From: Kiritimatiellia bacterium
GTDB taxonomy: Bacteria; Verrucomicrobiota; Kiritimatiellia; UBA8416; JBFIFS01
NCBI GenBank assembly: GCA_041602695.1
Contig: JBFIFS010000004.1
Coordinates: forward strand, 4,240-68,239
Direction of reading: 5' to 3'
Length of the DNA stretch: 64,000 nucleotides
Part shown: piece by piece, positions 38,951 to 48,720 of the stretch
Numbering within the stretch: the first letter of the stretch is position 1
Layout: every line of letters begins with the position of its first letter
Made by a program: the position numbers and the translations under genes
The notes under the pieces: generated by a model
What the model was told of the DNA's origin: nothing
Database searches by the model: none
The model's input: the letters and a program-made list of their open reading frames with translations, nothing else

Positions 38951-39958
38951 CTAACTCGCTGAATGCACTGCCTTCAATTCCGCGGTGATTTTCTCATTGA
39001 GACCGTTCTCAATGGCTTCGGCACCGACCCTTATGGCATGATAAATCGCCCTAGAGGATGACCCACCATGTGTAATAATGCAAATCCCATTTACTCCAAG
39101 AAGAGGCGCGCCGCCGTAAGATTCAGGATCAAGCTTGTTCTTTACCGCTTTTAAGCCGCCGGAAAGCAGCATGCATCCCAAAAGACGAATTGGGTTCTTC
39201 TTGAACTCCTGCTTGATCCAATGCCCAATTGCCGTGGCCGCACTCTCTGTCGTCTTCAAGACGACATTGCCAACAAAACCGTCGCATACGACAACATCCA
39301 CCTCGCCCTCAAAAAGATCGTGCCCCTCTACATTTCCGCGGAAATTCAGGCCGGATTCATCAATCATCTTGAAGGCCTCACGCGTGGTGTCGTTCCCCTT
39401 TATGTCCTCTGACCCTATGCTGAGGAGGCCGACCAACGGCTTCTCCTGTCCGAGTATACATTTGGAATAAAGGCTTCCCATTACAGCAAAATCAAGCAGC
39501 ATTTCCGGCGTACAGTCAGGGTTCGCTCCCGCGTCAAGAAGGACTATCGGCTTTGTGCGGGTAGGCATTACCGCGGCAATGCCGGGACGCGCGACTCCCT
39601 CGAGCGCTCGCAGCTTGAGCGTTGCCGCTACGACTGCGGCACCTGTGCTGCCTGCGGAAATGATAGCGCCGGCTTCGCCCGATTTAACAAGGTCAACAGC
39701 TCGTCCTATTGAGGAGTCCTTTTTCCGCCTGACACCCTGCGCAGGATGCTCCCCCATCTCAATGACTTCAGCGGCATGCCTGATTTCAATCCTGGGATCG
39801 GCGCAGTTACACTGATCAAGCTCAGCCTGAATGGCCTTTTCGTCACCTACGAGGTACAGCTTCTCCAGGCCCCTAATGCTGCCGACGGCTTCTACCGCGC
39901 CCCTTACGATCTCACGCGGCGCGTGATCACCGCCCATGGCATCTACGGCTATCTTCAT
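38951..39958 (-). CDS. plsX: phosphate acyltransferase
   Basis: MKIAVDAMGGDHAP start and full-length PlsX-like sequence, in the rpmF-plsX-fab context. Confidence 0.93.
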   Translation of the reverse strand: MKIAVDAMGGDHAPREIVRGAVEAVGSIRGLEKLYLVGDEKAIQAELDQCNCADPRIEIRHAAEVIEMGEHPAQGVRRKKDSSIGRAVDLVKSGEAGAIISAGSTGAAVVAATLKLRALEGVARPGIAAVMPTRTKPIVLLDAGANPDCTPEMLLDFAVMGSLYSKCILGQEKPLVGLLSIGSEDIKGNDTTREAFKMIDESGLNFRGNVEGHDLFEGEVDVVVCDGFVGNVVLKTTESAATAIGHWIKQEFKKNPIRLLGCMLLSGGLKAVKNKLDPESYGGAPLLGVNGICIITHGGSSSRAIYHAIRVGAEAIENGLNEKITAELKAVHSAS

Positions 39959-39986
39959 TAAGTAGGACCTTTAAAGGGTTAGGTGA

Positions 39987-40175
39987 TCAGTCTGCTTCGA
40001 CAGTCAGAACCTGCCTGCCCTTGTAATAGCCGCAAGCTGCGCAAACGCGGTGAGGCTGCGCTGTCGCACCACACTGGGCGCACTTGTTTAACGCTGTCTT
40101 GCCCCTCTTCAGGTCATTCGCCCGCTTTCTGGACCGGGCCTTGCTCTTCGACATCTTTCTCTTTGGTACAGCCAT
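39987..40175 (-). CDS. rpmF: 50S ribosomal protein L32
   Basis: MAVPKRKMSKSK start and a CAQCG...CAACG zinc ribbon. Confidence 0.95.
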   Translation of the reverse strand: MAVPKRKMSKSKARSRKRANDLKRGKTALNKCAQCGATAQPHRVCAACGYYKGRQVLTVEAD

Positions 40176-40185
40176 TTCAGCTCCT

Positions 40186-40644
40186 TTACTTCAAGTTCAG
40201 ACCACCAAGGGCGTCCCAGCGGTTGTCCGCCTGCGGCCCACAATCGCATTCCTCCTCATTGAGGTCTTTCCCGCATTGTGCGCACAGCCCCCTGCAGTCT
40301 TCCCGGCACACCGGGTGTGACGGAAAGGCGCAAAGAATAGCCTCCCTCATCTCCTCGGTCAAGTCCACAGATTCAGTTCCATCGGGGGCTTCAAAAACAC
40401 AGTCAAAACGGGTTTCCGAGACCTCTTTCTCGAATCTAGCTGCGCAGCGAGAGCAAGGAAATTGAACTCTTGCCGCAAGCGTTCCTGCCACAATCAACTC
40501 TCCAGACACATAGTTTGCGTGAAGGTCATAAGAGACGGGCCCGCATGCCTTGAAGTCTATCTCCCCCTCCTTCTTCAGGACGGTGGTGTCTTCACCTGCG
40601 AGATCCAGGCCTTCTGGAGGTATTCTGGCTACTTCGACTTGCAT
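40186..40644 (-). CDS. yceD: DUF177/YceD-family protein (23S rRNA accumulation protein-like)
   Basis: CSRCAARFE...CREDCRGLCAQCGKDLNE pattern. Conserved position upstream of rpmF. Confidence 0.8.
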   Translation of the reverse strand: MQVEVARIPPEGLDLAGEDTTVLKKEGEIDFKACGPVSYDLHANYVSGELIVAGTLAARVQFPCSRCAARFEKEVSETRFDCVFEAPDGTESVDLTEEMREAILCAFPSHPVCREDCRGLCAQCGKDLNEEECDCGPQADNRWDALGGLNLK

Positions 40645-41120
40645 TTGAACTTCCGCCGAAGCGCACGGGCAATTGGGGCGGGGACAAACTCCCGAATGTC
40701 GCCGCAGAGACCAGCTACTTCCTTAACTGTGCTGGAACTCACATAACTGTGCGTCTCCTTCGGCATCATGAAAAGCGTCTCAACCTCCGGCGCGAGCTTC
40801 CGGTTTGTAAGGGCCATCTGGAATTCGTATTCAAAATCGGAATAAGCCCGAATTCCTCTTATAAGGACCGTCACCCCTCTCTTCCTGGCGTAATCGATGA
40901 GAAGTCCGTCGAAAGAGGTGACCTCCACGTTCTTCATGTTCTTAACCACCTGTTTCATCATCGTCACGCGCTCCTCCACAGTAAAGAGCGTGTTCTTTGG
41001 CGTGCCCGCGGCCGCGGCAAGGATAACCTTTCCAAAAATCTCCGCGGACCGTTCAACCAGGTCGAGGTGTCCATAGGTAAGCGGATCAAAGGTTCCGGCG
41101 TATATTGCTTTCTTTTTCAT
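40629..41120 (-). CDS. coaD: phosphopantetheine adenylyltransferase
   Basis: AIYAGTFDPLTYGHLD (T/HxGH) motif; 163 aa. Confidence 0.95.
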   Translation of the reverse strand: MKKKAIYAGTFDPLTYGHLDLVERSAEIFGKVILAAAAGTPKNTLFTVEERVTMMKQVVKNMKNVEVTSFDGLLIDYARKRGVTVLIRGIRAYSDFEYEFQMALTNRKLAPEVETLFMMPKETHSYVSSSTVKEVAGLCGDIREFVPAPIARALRRKFKCKSK

Positions 41121-41199
41121 GCTGCCAACCTGTAAGTATGCTGAATCTCTTAACGTATAATGCCTGAATCAGAATATCTTCAAAGCTCTTTTTGCCGCA

Positions 41200-41745
41200 T
41201 CACTGGCGAAAATAGTAATCAAGGGCGCTTTCCCCGTATTTCTTAGAGTCCAGAACGGCCCACCCTTCGCATTCTTCAGCCGCGGGGCCTGACCTGCGCT
41301 CAATAGTGACTATGCCGCCCTCAGCCAGCCAGCCACCCGCTTCAATCAGAGCCAGAAGCTGTGAGGCAAAGCCGTCCTCTTCCGCAAGCGCATAGGGCGG
41401 ATCAGCATAAACCAGGTCAAAGGGCCGGTCCGTTCCCCTGCCGAGGAACTGCTCTACCCGGGCACAAACGCAACTCACCTCACCCGCAGAAAGCTCTGCC
41501 GCGTTCTTTTTTGCCACTTCTACCGCAGACCTGTCCTTTTCGACCAATACGGACCGCTCTGCGCCCCTGCTCCAGGCCTCGAGCCCAACGGCTCCGCTTC
41601 CGGAAAACAGGTCAAGGAAATGCCCCCCTGCAACGTGAGACGCCAGCTTTGAAAAATAGGCCTCGCGCACGCGGTCCTGGGTGGGACGGGACCCCGCGGC
41701 AGCTTTAATCGTCCTTCCGCCAACCAGACCTGACGTAATTCTCAC
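41200..41745 (-). CDS. rsmD: 16S rRNA (guanine966-N2)-methyltransferase
   Basis: RPTQDRVREA, LDLFSGSGAVGLEA and YADPPY motifs. Confidence 0.88.
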   Translation of the reverse strand: MRITSGLVGGRTIKAAAGSRPTQDRVREAYFSKLASHVAGGHFLDLFSGSGAVGLEAWSRGAERSVLVEKDRSAVEVAKKNAAELSAGEVSCVCARVEQFLGRGTDRPFDLVYADPPYALAEEDGFASQLLALIEAGGWLAEGGIVTIERRSGPAAEECEGWAVLDSKKYGESALDYYFRQ

Positions 41746-41889
41746 TGCTCAAACCTTCCTCTCAGGCTTTAATTACGCCAAGATTATCGAAATCGGCCTC
41801 GAACAGAAATTCATTTGTTCTTTTTTTTGCTTGCAGATGTTCCAATGCCTGATTGATACTTGGAACCCGAAAAAATTCGAAAGGGAACC

Positions 41890-42732
41890 ATGGGCTGGTT
41901 TACAAGCAAAAGAAAAAAGAAGGTCGATCTGTATCCGGGCGGAGAAGACCTCTGGCAAATTTGCCCGGCATGCAAAGCACACATATACAAACAGGAATGG
42001 AGCAGCAACCTCAAGGTCTGCCCCAAGTGTTCGTATCACGAACGCATACCCTGTCATGAGCGTCTCGCTCTGATTCTCGATCCCAACACCTTCGAGGAAA
42101 TAAACGATCACGTTTCCACCTCGGATCCGTTGAAGTTCGTGGATGCTAAAGGGCCATACGCGGAGAAGGCCGCGGCGACGAAGAAGAAGACTTCCCTGAA
42201 CGAAGCGGTCATAACAGGGAAAGGCATGATTGCCGGAACCAAGGTTGTTATCGCCGTCATGGACTTCAGGTTTCTCGGCGGAAGCCTCGGCAGCGGAACA
42301 GGGCAGAAAATCATGATGGCGGCGGAATACGCGCTGAAGCGCAAGCGCCCGTACATAGTGTTTTCTGCTTCGGGCGGCGCCCGGATGCACGAAGGAATTG
42401 TATCGCTTATGCAGATGGCACGCACATGCAGCGCGATCGCAAGGCTTAAACAGGCACACATCCCGTATATATCGGTCCTGACAGACCCGACGACGGGCGG
42501 AGTGAGCGCAAGCTTCGCGATGATGGGCGATGTTAATATTGCGGAACCCAGGGCGCTGATCGGCTTTGCCGGCAGGCGAGTCATCGAAGAAACAATTAAA
42601 CAGAAGCTGCCTGACGACTTCCAGACCGCTGAATACCTGCTTGAGCACGGTTTTATTGACAGCATAGTGCACAGGACAGAGATGCGGGACCACCTCGCCT
42701 CTGTAATCAAATACTGGAAGCCGAAGCGCTAG
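41890..42732 (+). CDS. accD: acetyl-CoA carboxylase carboxyltransferase beta subunit
   Basis: Zn ribbon CPACKAHIY..CPKCSYH followed by the CT domain (MDFRFLGGSLGS). ATG 41890 behind an AAGGGA RBS. Confidence 0.93.
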   Translation: MGWFTSKRKKKVDLYPGGEDLWQICPACKAHIYKQEWSSNLKVCPKCSYHERIPCHERLALILDPNTFEEINDHVSTSDPLKFVDAKGPYAEKAAATKKKTSLNEAVITGKGMIAGTKVVIAVMDFRFLGGSLGSGTGQKIMMAAEYALKRKRPYIVFSASGGARMHEGIVSLMQMARTCSAIARLKQAHIPYISVLTDPTTGGVSASFAMMGDVNIAEPRALIGFAGRRVIEETIKQKLPDDFQTAEYLLEHGFIDSIVHRTEMRDHLASVIKYWKPKR

Positions 42733-42750
42733 CAGACGGAGCACTTTCTG

Positions 42751-43161
42751 ATGCTTAGAAGAGAATACAGAGAGCTGGACATAGCAGAAATCGTCGTAAA
42801 GAACCGCCTCCGCAGCGACTTGGGCGAGATGGGAACGCTGACGAACTCTATTCGTAAGCACGGACTGCTCTGCCCCCTCGTAGTCGACAAGAACAACGTA
42901 CTGATTGCGGGCCTGCGCAGGATCGAAGCATGCAGGCAGGCGGGACTCAGCCGGGTGCCTGTCTTCAAAGTCAATACGGGCTACAAGGAAATCGAGGCGC
43001 TGGACATCCAGTCTGACGAAAATATCTGCAGGCAGCCCCTTACACAGGACGAACTCGAGCGACAAATTCAATTGAAGAAGAAGGCGATGAGAGGAGGACC
43101 TTCAAAGGTCTTAGGCAATTTCTTTTCATCGCTTGGAGGATTCTTCACAGGAAAGAAGTAG
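42751..43161 (+). CDS. stand-alone ParB/Srx N-terminal-domain protein (136 aa)
   Basis: SIRKHGLLCPLVVDKNNVLIAGLRRIEACRQAGLSRVPV matches ParB box I/II including the GxxRR arginine patch. No HTH or dimerisation domain. Hydrophobic-basic tail FFSSLGGFFTGKK. Confidence 0.7.
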   Translation: MLRREYRELDIAEIVVKNRLRSDLGEMGTLTNSIRKHGLLCPLVVDKNNVLIAGLRRIEACRQAGLSRVPVFKVNTGYKEIEALDIQSDENICRQPLTQDELERQIQLKKKAMRGGPSKVLGNFFSSLGGFFTGKK

Positions 43162-43164
43162 AGC

Positions 43165-44109
43165 ATGGAACTTGATTTCGAAAATAAGATCATCGCACTG
43201 GAAGAACAAATCGCGGACCTGGCCGGCCTTTCTGAAAAAGGCGAAGGGAGCTTCAGGGCCGAACTGGCAGAACTCAACGTCAAACTGGAGAAGGCTATCA
43301 GCGAGGCATACAAAGACCTGACCCCCTGGCAGATGGTACAGATCGCACGGCATCCGCAAAGGCCGCTGATCAAAGACTATATTGAGGGAATGACCTCTGA
43401 ATTCGTAGAGCTGCATGGTGACCGATGCTTCGGTGACGATCGGGGAATCATAGGCGGCTTTGCTACCTTAGGCAGCCAGCGAGTCATGCTCATCGGCCAC
43501 CAGAAAGGAACTTCCGTCGAAGAAAACATGGAATGCAATTTCGGAATGGCCAGCCCCGAAGGATACCGAAAGGCGATGCGCCTGATGAAGCTCGCTGAAA
43601 GCTACTCGCTTCCGGTAGTCAGCCTGATCGACACCCCTGGTGCGTATCCCGGGGCCGACGCGGAGGCAAGGGGCCAGGCCGAAGCCATAGCCAGGAACCT
43701 TACGGAAATGTCCGTCCTGGAAGTCCCAATGATTGTGATTGTTACGGGCGAGGGCGGGAGCGGCGGCGCAATAGGAATCGGCATCGGCGACCGCATAATG
43801 ATGCTCTCCAACTCCGTATATTCCGTGATTTCACCGGAAGGCTGCGCCTCAATACTCTGGCGCGACGGGGCGAAAGCGCCGGAGGCGGCAAACGCGCTTA
43901 AACTTACCGCGGAATCCCTCCTGAAACTCGGCATCATCGATGAAATTATCCCCGAGCCCCCGGGCGGAGCGCACAGGCGAAGAAAAGAAACCATCGCCGC
44001 GGTAAAGAACGCCATACTGAAGAACCTGAAAAGCCTGAACAAAGTCTCCCCTCGCAAGCTCGTAGACAAGCGTTACGACAAGTTCGCCCAGATGGGCAAG
44101 TTTTTCTAA
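43165..44109 (+). CDS. accA: acetyl-CoA carboxylase carboxyltransferase alpha subunit
   Basis: Full-length AccA-like sequence (HPQRP, GDRCFGDD..IIGG, IDTPGAYPG, GEGGSGGA). Confidence 0.93.
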   Translation: MELDFENKIIALEEQIADLAGLSEKGEGSFRAELAELNVKLEKAISEAYKDLTPWQMVQIARHPQRPLIKDYIEGMTSEFVELHGDRCFGDDRGIIGGFATLGSQRVMLIGHQKGTSVEENMECNFGMASPEGYRKAMRLMKLAESYSLPVVSLIDTPGAYPGADAEARGQAEAIARNLTEMSVLEVPMIVIVTGEGGSGGAIGIGIGDRIMMLSNSVYSVISPEGCASILWRDGAKAPEAANALKLTAESLLKLGIIDEIIPEPPGGAHRRRKETIAAVKNAILKNLKSLNKVSPRKLVDKRYDKFAQMGKFF

Positions 44110-44162
44110 CATTGAAATAGAACCCGCCGACGGCGGTTAAGAAAACACGGGAAGGTGTGCTG

Positions 44163-46133
44163 ATGCCAACCAAGAAGAAGACGAAAAAGAAGACCGTTGC
44201 CGAACCCAAGAAGAACGCCCAGCGCCTGAAGCGCGACCAGCTTAAGATTCCGCTGCGCATCACGGACACGACCCTTCGTGACGCCCACCAGTCACTGTGG
44301 GCAACAAGAATGCGCTCTCACGACATAATGGGCATTATCGACACCATCGATTCAGCCGGCTTCTACTCCCTCGAGGTATGGGGCGGCGCTACTTTCGACG
44401 TCTGCATGCGTTTTCTCCGGGAAAACCCCTGGGACCGCCTGCGCGAGATGAAGAAACGCGCGAAGAAAACTCCGCTCCAAATGCTGCTGCGCGGCCAGAA
44501 CGTTCTCGGTTACAAGCACTATCCGGACGACCTGCTCGAGCGTTTCGTGGCCCTCGCATGCGAAAACGGCATCGATATCTTCCGGATCTTTGACGCGCTG
44601 AATGACGTGAGGAACCTTGAACAGGCGATCAAGTACGTCAAGAAGCACGGCGGCCACGCCCAGGGAACTATTTCCTACACAATCAGCCCGGTCCACACAG
44701 TTGAGGAATACGTAAGGATCGCCAAGGAGCAGGCTGCTCTAGGTATCGACTCGCTCTGCATCAAGGACATGGCCGGCATCCTTACACCAATAATGGCGGA
44801 AAAACTTATATCCGCCCTGGTCAAGGCAATCGACGTGCCAGTGCAGCTTCACTCACACGCTACAAGCGGCATGGCAACCGCTACTTACGTTGAAGCAGTA
44901 AGGGCCGGCGCCGGCGCAATCGACTGCGCCATCTCGCCCATGGCCAACTTCAATTCTCAGCCCCCGGTTGAGACCATGCTGGCAATCTTTGACGAGACGC
45001 CCTACCACGCCAACCTGGATATCGAGGCGCTTCGCAAGATGTGCAAATACTTCCTCGACCTGATGCCCAAGCGCAGGCCTGCTGAGCACCCGGCAAACTC
45101 GATCGATCCGGAAATCCTAATACATCACATTCCGGGCGGCATGATTTCCAACCTCCGCTCGCAGCTGAAACAGCAGGACGCACTGGACAGGCTTGATGAT
45201 GTGCTGACCGAACTGCCAAAGACACGAGCGGACATGGGCTATCCACCGCTGGTAACCCCAACCAGCCAGATCGTAGGCGTGCAGTCAGTACTTAACGTTC
45301 TGGCGGGCAAGCGCTACGAAATGATTACCGACGAGACAAAGCAGTACGTCAAAGGCTACTACGGCCGCTCGCCGGCACCTATAGACCCGAAGCTCAAGAA
45401 GAAGATCCTTGGCAAAGATAAGCCTATCGAAGGACGGCCAGCTGACCTGCTTGAGCCGGCGCTGCCCAACGCAACTGATGACGTTGACCCTGAGCTTATC
45501 CAGCATGAAGAGGACATCGTCTCATACCTCCTCTTCCCTGAAGTTGCACTGGAATACTTCAAGTGGCGCAAGCTGCCTCCAGAGGAAAGGCCGGAGATTC
45601 CCGCGGACCTGGAACGCAAGGAAAGGGAAGCCGAGGCGGCTCCCCCACCCCCGCCGGAAAAGGCTTTCCTCTCTCAGCACGACTACGACGAGATTGGCGG
45701 CCTGGTAAACAAGATATCCGAGCTTGGCCTTACGGAACTCACCATAAGGCGCGATGACCTTTCTATGACGCTCAAGGGCTCCGGCGTGGCAACGGGCACG
45801 GAAGCGGCCCCAGTGAGCGCACCTGCCAAGAAAGCAGCTGCAGAAGCCGTCAAAGCCGAGCCGAAGAAGGACGCTGCGCCTGCGGCCGCTGAAGGCCCGA
45901 CGATAGACGCGCCCCTCACAGGAACCTTCTATCGCTCGTCAGGCCCAGGCAAGGAAGAAATCGCCCATGAAGGCGACACTGTAGCGGCCGACCAGCCAGT
46001 ATGCATAGTCGAAGCCATGAAGCTGTTCAATCAGATCAAGGCCCCGGCGAAGTGCAAGATCGTCAAGTTCCTGGCGAACCACGGCGACGCAGTCCAGAAG
46101 GGACAGCCCCTCGTTTCGATCGAGAAGCTGTAG
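44163..46133 (+). CDS. 5S-type carboxyltransferase fused to biotin carboxyl carrier domain (PycB/OadA-like)
   Basis: ITDTTLRDAHQS and a TIM-barrel CT domain, an Ala/Pro-rich linker, and a C-terminal biotinyl domain with EAMKL. Lys-rich N-terminal extension MPTKKKTKKKT. Confidence 0.88.
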   Translation: MPTKKKTKKKTVAEPKKNAQRLKRDQLKIPLRITDTTLRDAHQSLWATRMRSHDIMGIIDTIDSAGFYSLEVWGGATFDVCMRFLRENPWDRLREMKKRAKKTPLQMLLRGQNVLGYKHYPDDLLERFVALACENGIDIFRIFDALNDVRNLEQAIKYVKKHGGHAQGTISYTISPVHTVEEYVRIAKEQAALGIDSLCIKDMAGILTPIMAEKLISALVKAIDVPVQLHSHATSGMATATYVEAVRAGAGAIDCAISPMANFNSQPPVETMLAIFDETPYHANLDIEALRKMCKYFLDLMPKRRPAEHPANSIDPEILIHHIPGGMISNLRSQLKQQDALDRLDDVLTELPKTRADMGYPPLVTPTSQIVGVQSVLNVLAGKRYEMITDETKQYVKGYYGRSPAPIDPKLKKKILGKDKPIEGRPADLLEPALPNATDDVDPELIQHEEDIVSYLLFPEVALEYFKWRKLPPEERPEIPADLERKEREAEAAPPPPPEKAFLSQHDYDEIGGLVNKISELGLTELTIRRDDLSMTLKGSGVATGTEAAPVSAPAKKAAAEAVKAEPKKDAAPAAAEGPTIDAPLTGTFYRSSGPGKEEIAHEGDTVAADQPVCIVEAMKLFNQIKAPAKCKIVKFLANHGDAVQKGQPLVSIEKL

Positions 46134-46169
46134 TATCCGGAAGGTCCGGCAGAATCCTTGCTTAGCGGA

Positions 46170-46922
46170 CTAGAACAGGTACTTGATACCTGCTCCGCCA
46201 TAGACATTTGTGTCCTGCTCGGGAAGGACATCCTTGTCTGCTGAGCCCGTGTAAGCTATCCGTCCGGAAAGGCCAAAGCCGGACTCCAGGGCATACGCGA
46301 AGCTCATGTATAACTCATACTCGTGGAAGCCGTCAGCGCCCGTTTCTGTCCACTCGCGCCCCCTGCCTGCAACGGCAATAGACGCTCCGCTGGTGATTAG
46401 GACATCGCTTACCGTGCCGTCATGCTCAAGGGCCAGCTTGCCATAGCCGTCCTTTACCTCATCAAAGTCATAGAAGGCTTCGAGTCTCATTGAAAGACCT
46501 TTGCCTAACCCCCTCGTGAGCTTAACATATGTTTCTGCGGTGCCCGACTGGACGATCGGATCGCCGTCACTGGAAATCATCGAGCCGTCATTCGGATAAA
46601 GGTACTGTATCACGCCGAATGTTACATCCAGCCCCACCAGCTCTGTGCTATAGGAAAGGTCTATATCAATTTCCGAGAACTCGTCTGTCTCCAGTGTCCC
46701 GTCGTAATCATCAATATTTATGTTTCCCCAAAAGAAAATCTCGAAAGACTCCTTCTGAAGAAGCAGCGAAGGCTGAACGACCAGTCCGTCATTGAGGGTA
46801 ATGCCTCGCCACACATAAGCCGAGTTAAGCTCAACTCCCGCGGACACATCCGCGGCCTGAACGAAAGAGGCAGTCGCTACTGTTACCGCAGCGACTGCCC
46901 CGAGAAAGAACCTCTTCTTCAT
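46170..46922 (-). CDS. outer-membrane beta-barrel (porin-like) protein
   Basis: Signal peptide ending FVQA, an alternating amphipathic strand pattern and a C-terminal ...GIKYLF. From memory it resembles the TIGR02001/Gcw_chp-type family, which is often linked to glnK-amtB. Confidence 0.7.
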   Translation of the reverse strand: MKKRFFLGAVAAVTVATASFVQAADVSAGVELNSAYVWRGITLNDGLVVQPSLLLQKESFEIFFWGNINIDDYDGTLETDEFSEIDIDLSYSTELVGLDVTFGVIQYLYPNDGSMISSDGDPIVQSGTAETYVKLTRGLGKGLSMRLEAFYDFDEVKDGYGKLALEHDGTVSDVLITSGASIAVAGRGREWTETGADGFHEYELYMSFAYALESGFGLSGRIAYTGSADKDVLPEQDTNVYGGAGIKYLF

Positions 46923-46950
46923 CTGATACCTCCCGAATTATACGGGGGTA

Positions 46951-47292
46951 TCAGCCGATTGCATCCTCCCCCTTCTCGCCAGTCCGGATCCGTATGCACT
47001 CACCCAGGTCGACAACGAAAATCTTTCCGTCCCCTATGTTCCCTGTCCGGGCACCTTCAACGATAGCGTCTATGGTCGGTTTAACATAATCCTCGTTCAC
47101 GGCTATTTCAAGCCTAACCTTCTTGAGCAGGTTTACCTCGATATCAACGCCTCGATACGACTCGTGATATCCCATCTGCTGTCCGCACCCAAGCGCGTTG
47201 GTTACGGACATTTTGAAGACCTTCTTCTCGTAAAGCGACTGCTTTACCGTATTCAGTCTTTCAGGCTGTATGTAAGCTATTATCAGTTTCAT
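46951..47292 (-). CDS. glnK: P-II nitrogen regulatory protein (GlnK-type, divergent T-loop)
   Basis: Gapless alignment to P-II (MKLI..., [21 protein letters not shown]). Trimmed to ATG 47292, giving 113 aa. Confidence 0.9.
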   Translation of the reverse strand: MKLIIAYIQPERLNTVKQSLYEKKVFKMSVTNALGCGQQMGYHESYRGVDIEVNLLKKVRLEIAVNEDYVKPTIDAIVEGARTGNIGDGKIFVVDLGECIRIRTGEKGEDAIG

Positions 47293-47317
47293 GGTATGAT
47301 ACTCCTTTCTTCCACTA

Positions 47318-48670
47318 CTACTGCGATGTGAAGATCTGGAAGCCGCCATATGCTTCCATTCCGTGCTCGCCGATGTCCAGGCCTTTCAGCTCCTCATGCT
47401 CGGACACCCTGATACCAACCGTCTTCTTCAGGATCGCGAAGATAATGAAGGCCGCAGGGAAACACACTACCGCGTAGGCGCCTATGCCAACGAGCTGTGT
47501 ACCCAGGCTGATCGTGTAGCCAAGCTCCGCTCCCGTAGCTGTGGTCGTGGCTCCGTTCGCAAAAACGCCTGCGAACAAGGTTCCAAGAACGCCGCACACA
47601 AGGTGAACCGTAGTGGCGCCCACGGGATCATCGATGTGCAGCTTATCAAGAGTCATGACGGAAACAACCGCGATAACACCGCAGATCAGCCCTATGATAA
47701 CGGAGGCAGGCACAGATACAACATCGGCACCGGCAGTGATGCCTACCAGCCCAGCCAGGCAGCCGTTCAGCACCATCGAAACATCAGGCTTGTGCTGCAG
47801 GGTCCAGGAAGCGGCCATTGCACCTATGATTCCAGCCGCGGCGGCCAGCGAAGTGGTCGTCAGCACATATGACACACCGCCAGGATCAGCCGAAAGGACC
47901 GAACCGCCATTAAACCCGAACCATCCCAGCCAGAGCAGAAATACTCCGATGGTCAGGAGCGGCATATTGTGTCCCATTATGGGCTTTATTGCACCGTTCA
48001 CATACTTCCCAAGCCGCGGGCCAAGCAGGATTACGCCGGCAAGCGCCGCCCATCCGCCGACACTGTGGACCAGCGTGGAACCTGCAAAGTCATGGAATCC
48101 CCTCTCGGCGAGCCATCCGCCACCCCACTTCCAGGAGCCTACGGCCGGATAAACAAGCATCACGTATATGGCCGAAAAGATCAGAAACGGTCCAAGCTTA
48201 ACGCGCTCAGCCACTGCCCCTGACACAATCGTTGCCGCGGTCGCCGCGAACATTCCCTGAAACAGGAAATCTGTCCAGTAAGTGTAGCCCGGATTGTATG
48301 CCGATGTAAGCCCGGCCGCGTCCGTCGCGATACCGAAGCCGGCAAAGCCGATCACCTTGCCAAGCAGCCAGCCCTCATCCCCAGGATACATTAAATTGAA
48401 ACCCATCAGTGCGTAAGTAAGAAGCCCAATGGCAACAATCGCAGTATTCTTGAACAGAATGTTTACGGTGTTCTTGGCGCGGGTAAGCCCCGTTTCAACC
48501 GTTGCAAATCCCAGATGCATAGTGAACACAAGAAATGTACACACCATCATCCACACGTTATTGACAGTGAACATTTCATCGCTCACTCCCGTTTCACCCT
48601 CTGCCGCGTATGCGCCAGCCGCAAAAAGCAATGCGGCCAGTGCCACCAGCACTATCCTGCTCCTCTTCAT
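47318..48670 (-). CDS. amtB: ammonium transporter
   Basis: Signal peptide plus 11 TM segments in an Amt-like sequence ([26 protein letters not shown]). ATG 48670 behind an AAGGAGAGG RBS. Confidence 0.93.
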   Translation of the reverse strand: MKRSRIVLVALAALLFAAGAYAAEGETGVSDEMFTVNNVWMMVCTFLVFTMHLGFATVETGLTRAKNTVNILFKNTAIVAIGLLTYALMGFNLMYPGDEGWLLGKVIGFAGFGIATDAAGLTSAYNPGYTYWTDFLFQGMFAATAATIVSGAVAERVKLGPFLIFSAIYVMLVYPAVGSWKWGGGWLAERGFHDFAGSTLVHSVGGWAALAGVILLGPRLGKYVNGAIKPIMGHNMPLLTIGVFLLWLGWFGFNGGSVLSADPGGVSYVLTTTSLAAAAGIIGAMAASWTLQHKPDVSMVLNGCLAGLVGITAGADVVSVPASVIIGLICGVIAVVSVMTLDKLHIDDPVGATTVHLVCGVLGTLFAGVFANGATTTATGAELGYTISLGTQLVGIGAYAVVCFPAAFIIFAILKKTVGIRVSEHEELKGLDIGEHGMEAYGGFQIFTSQ

Positions 48671-48720
48671 CGTCCTCTCCTTTGTTTGAGTTACCCCTAC
48701 AAGACCTCGCGAACCTCTAA

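Noticed and set aside
41773-43071. 432-aa minus-strand ORF spanning accD and the ParB-like gene
   Set aside because: It is antisense to strongly recognisable + strand genes and has no motifs, and its composition (R/A/L/F-rich) is typical of antisense frames in GC-rich DNA.
44825-44840. Near-consensus sigma-54 motif on the minus strand (TGGCACGTCGATTGCC) inside the PycB-like CDS
   Set aside because: It would fire antisense into accA, and no minus-strand gene lies downstream. It is most likely a chance match in coding sequence, although antisense transcription cannot be excluded without RNA data.
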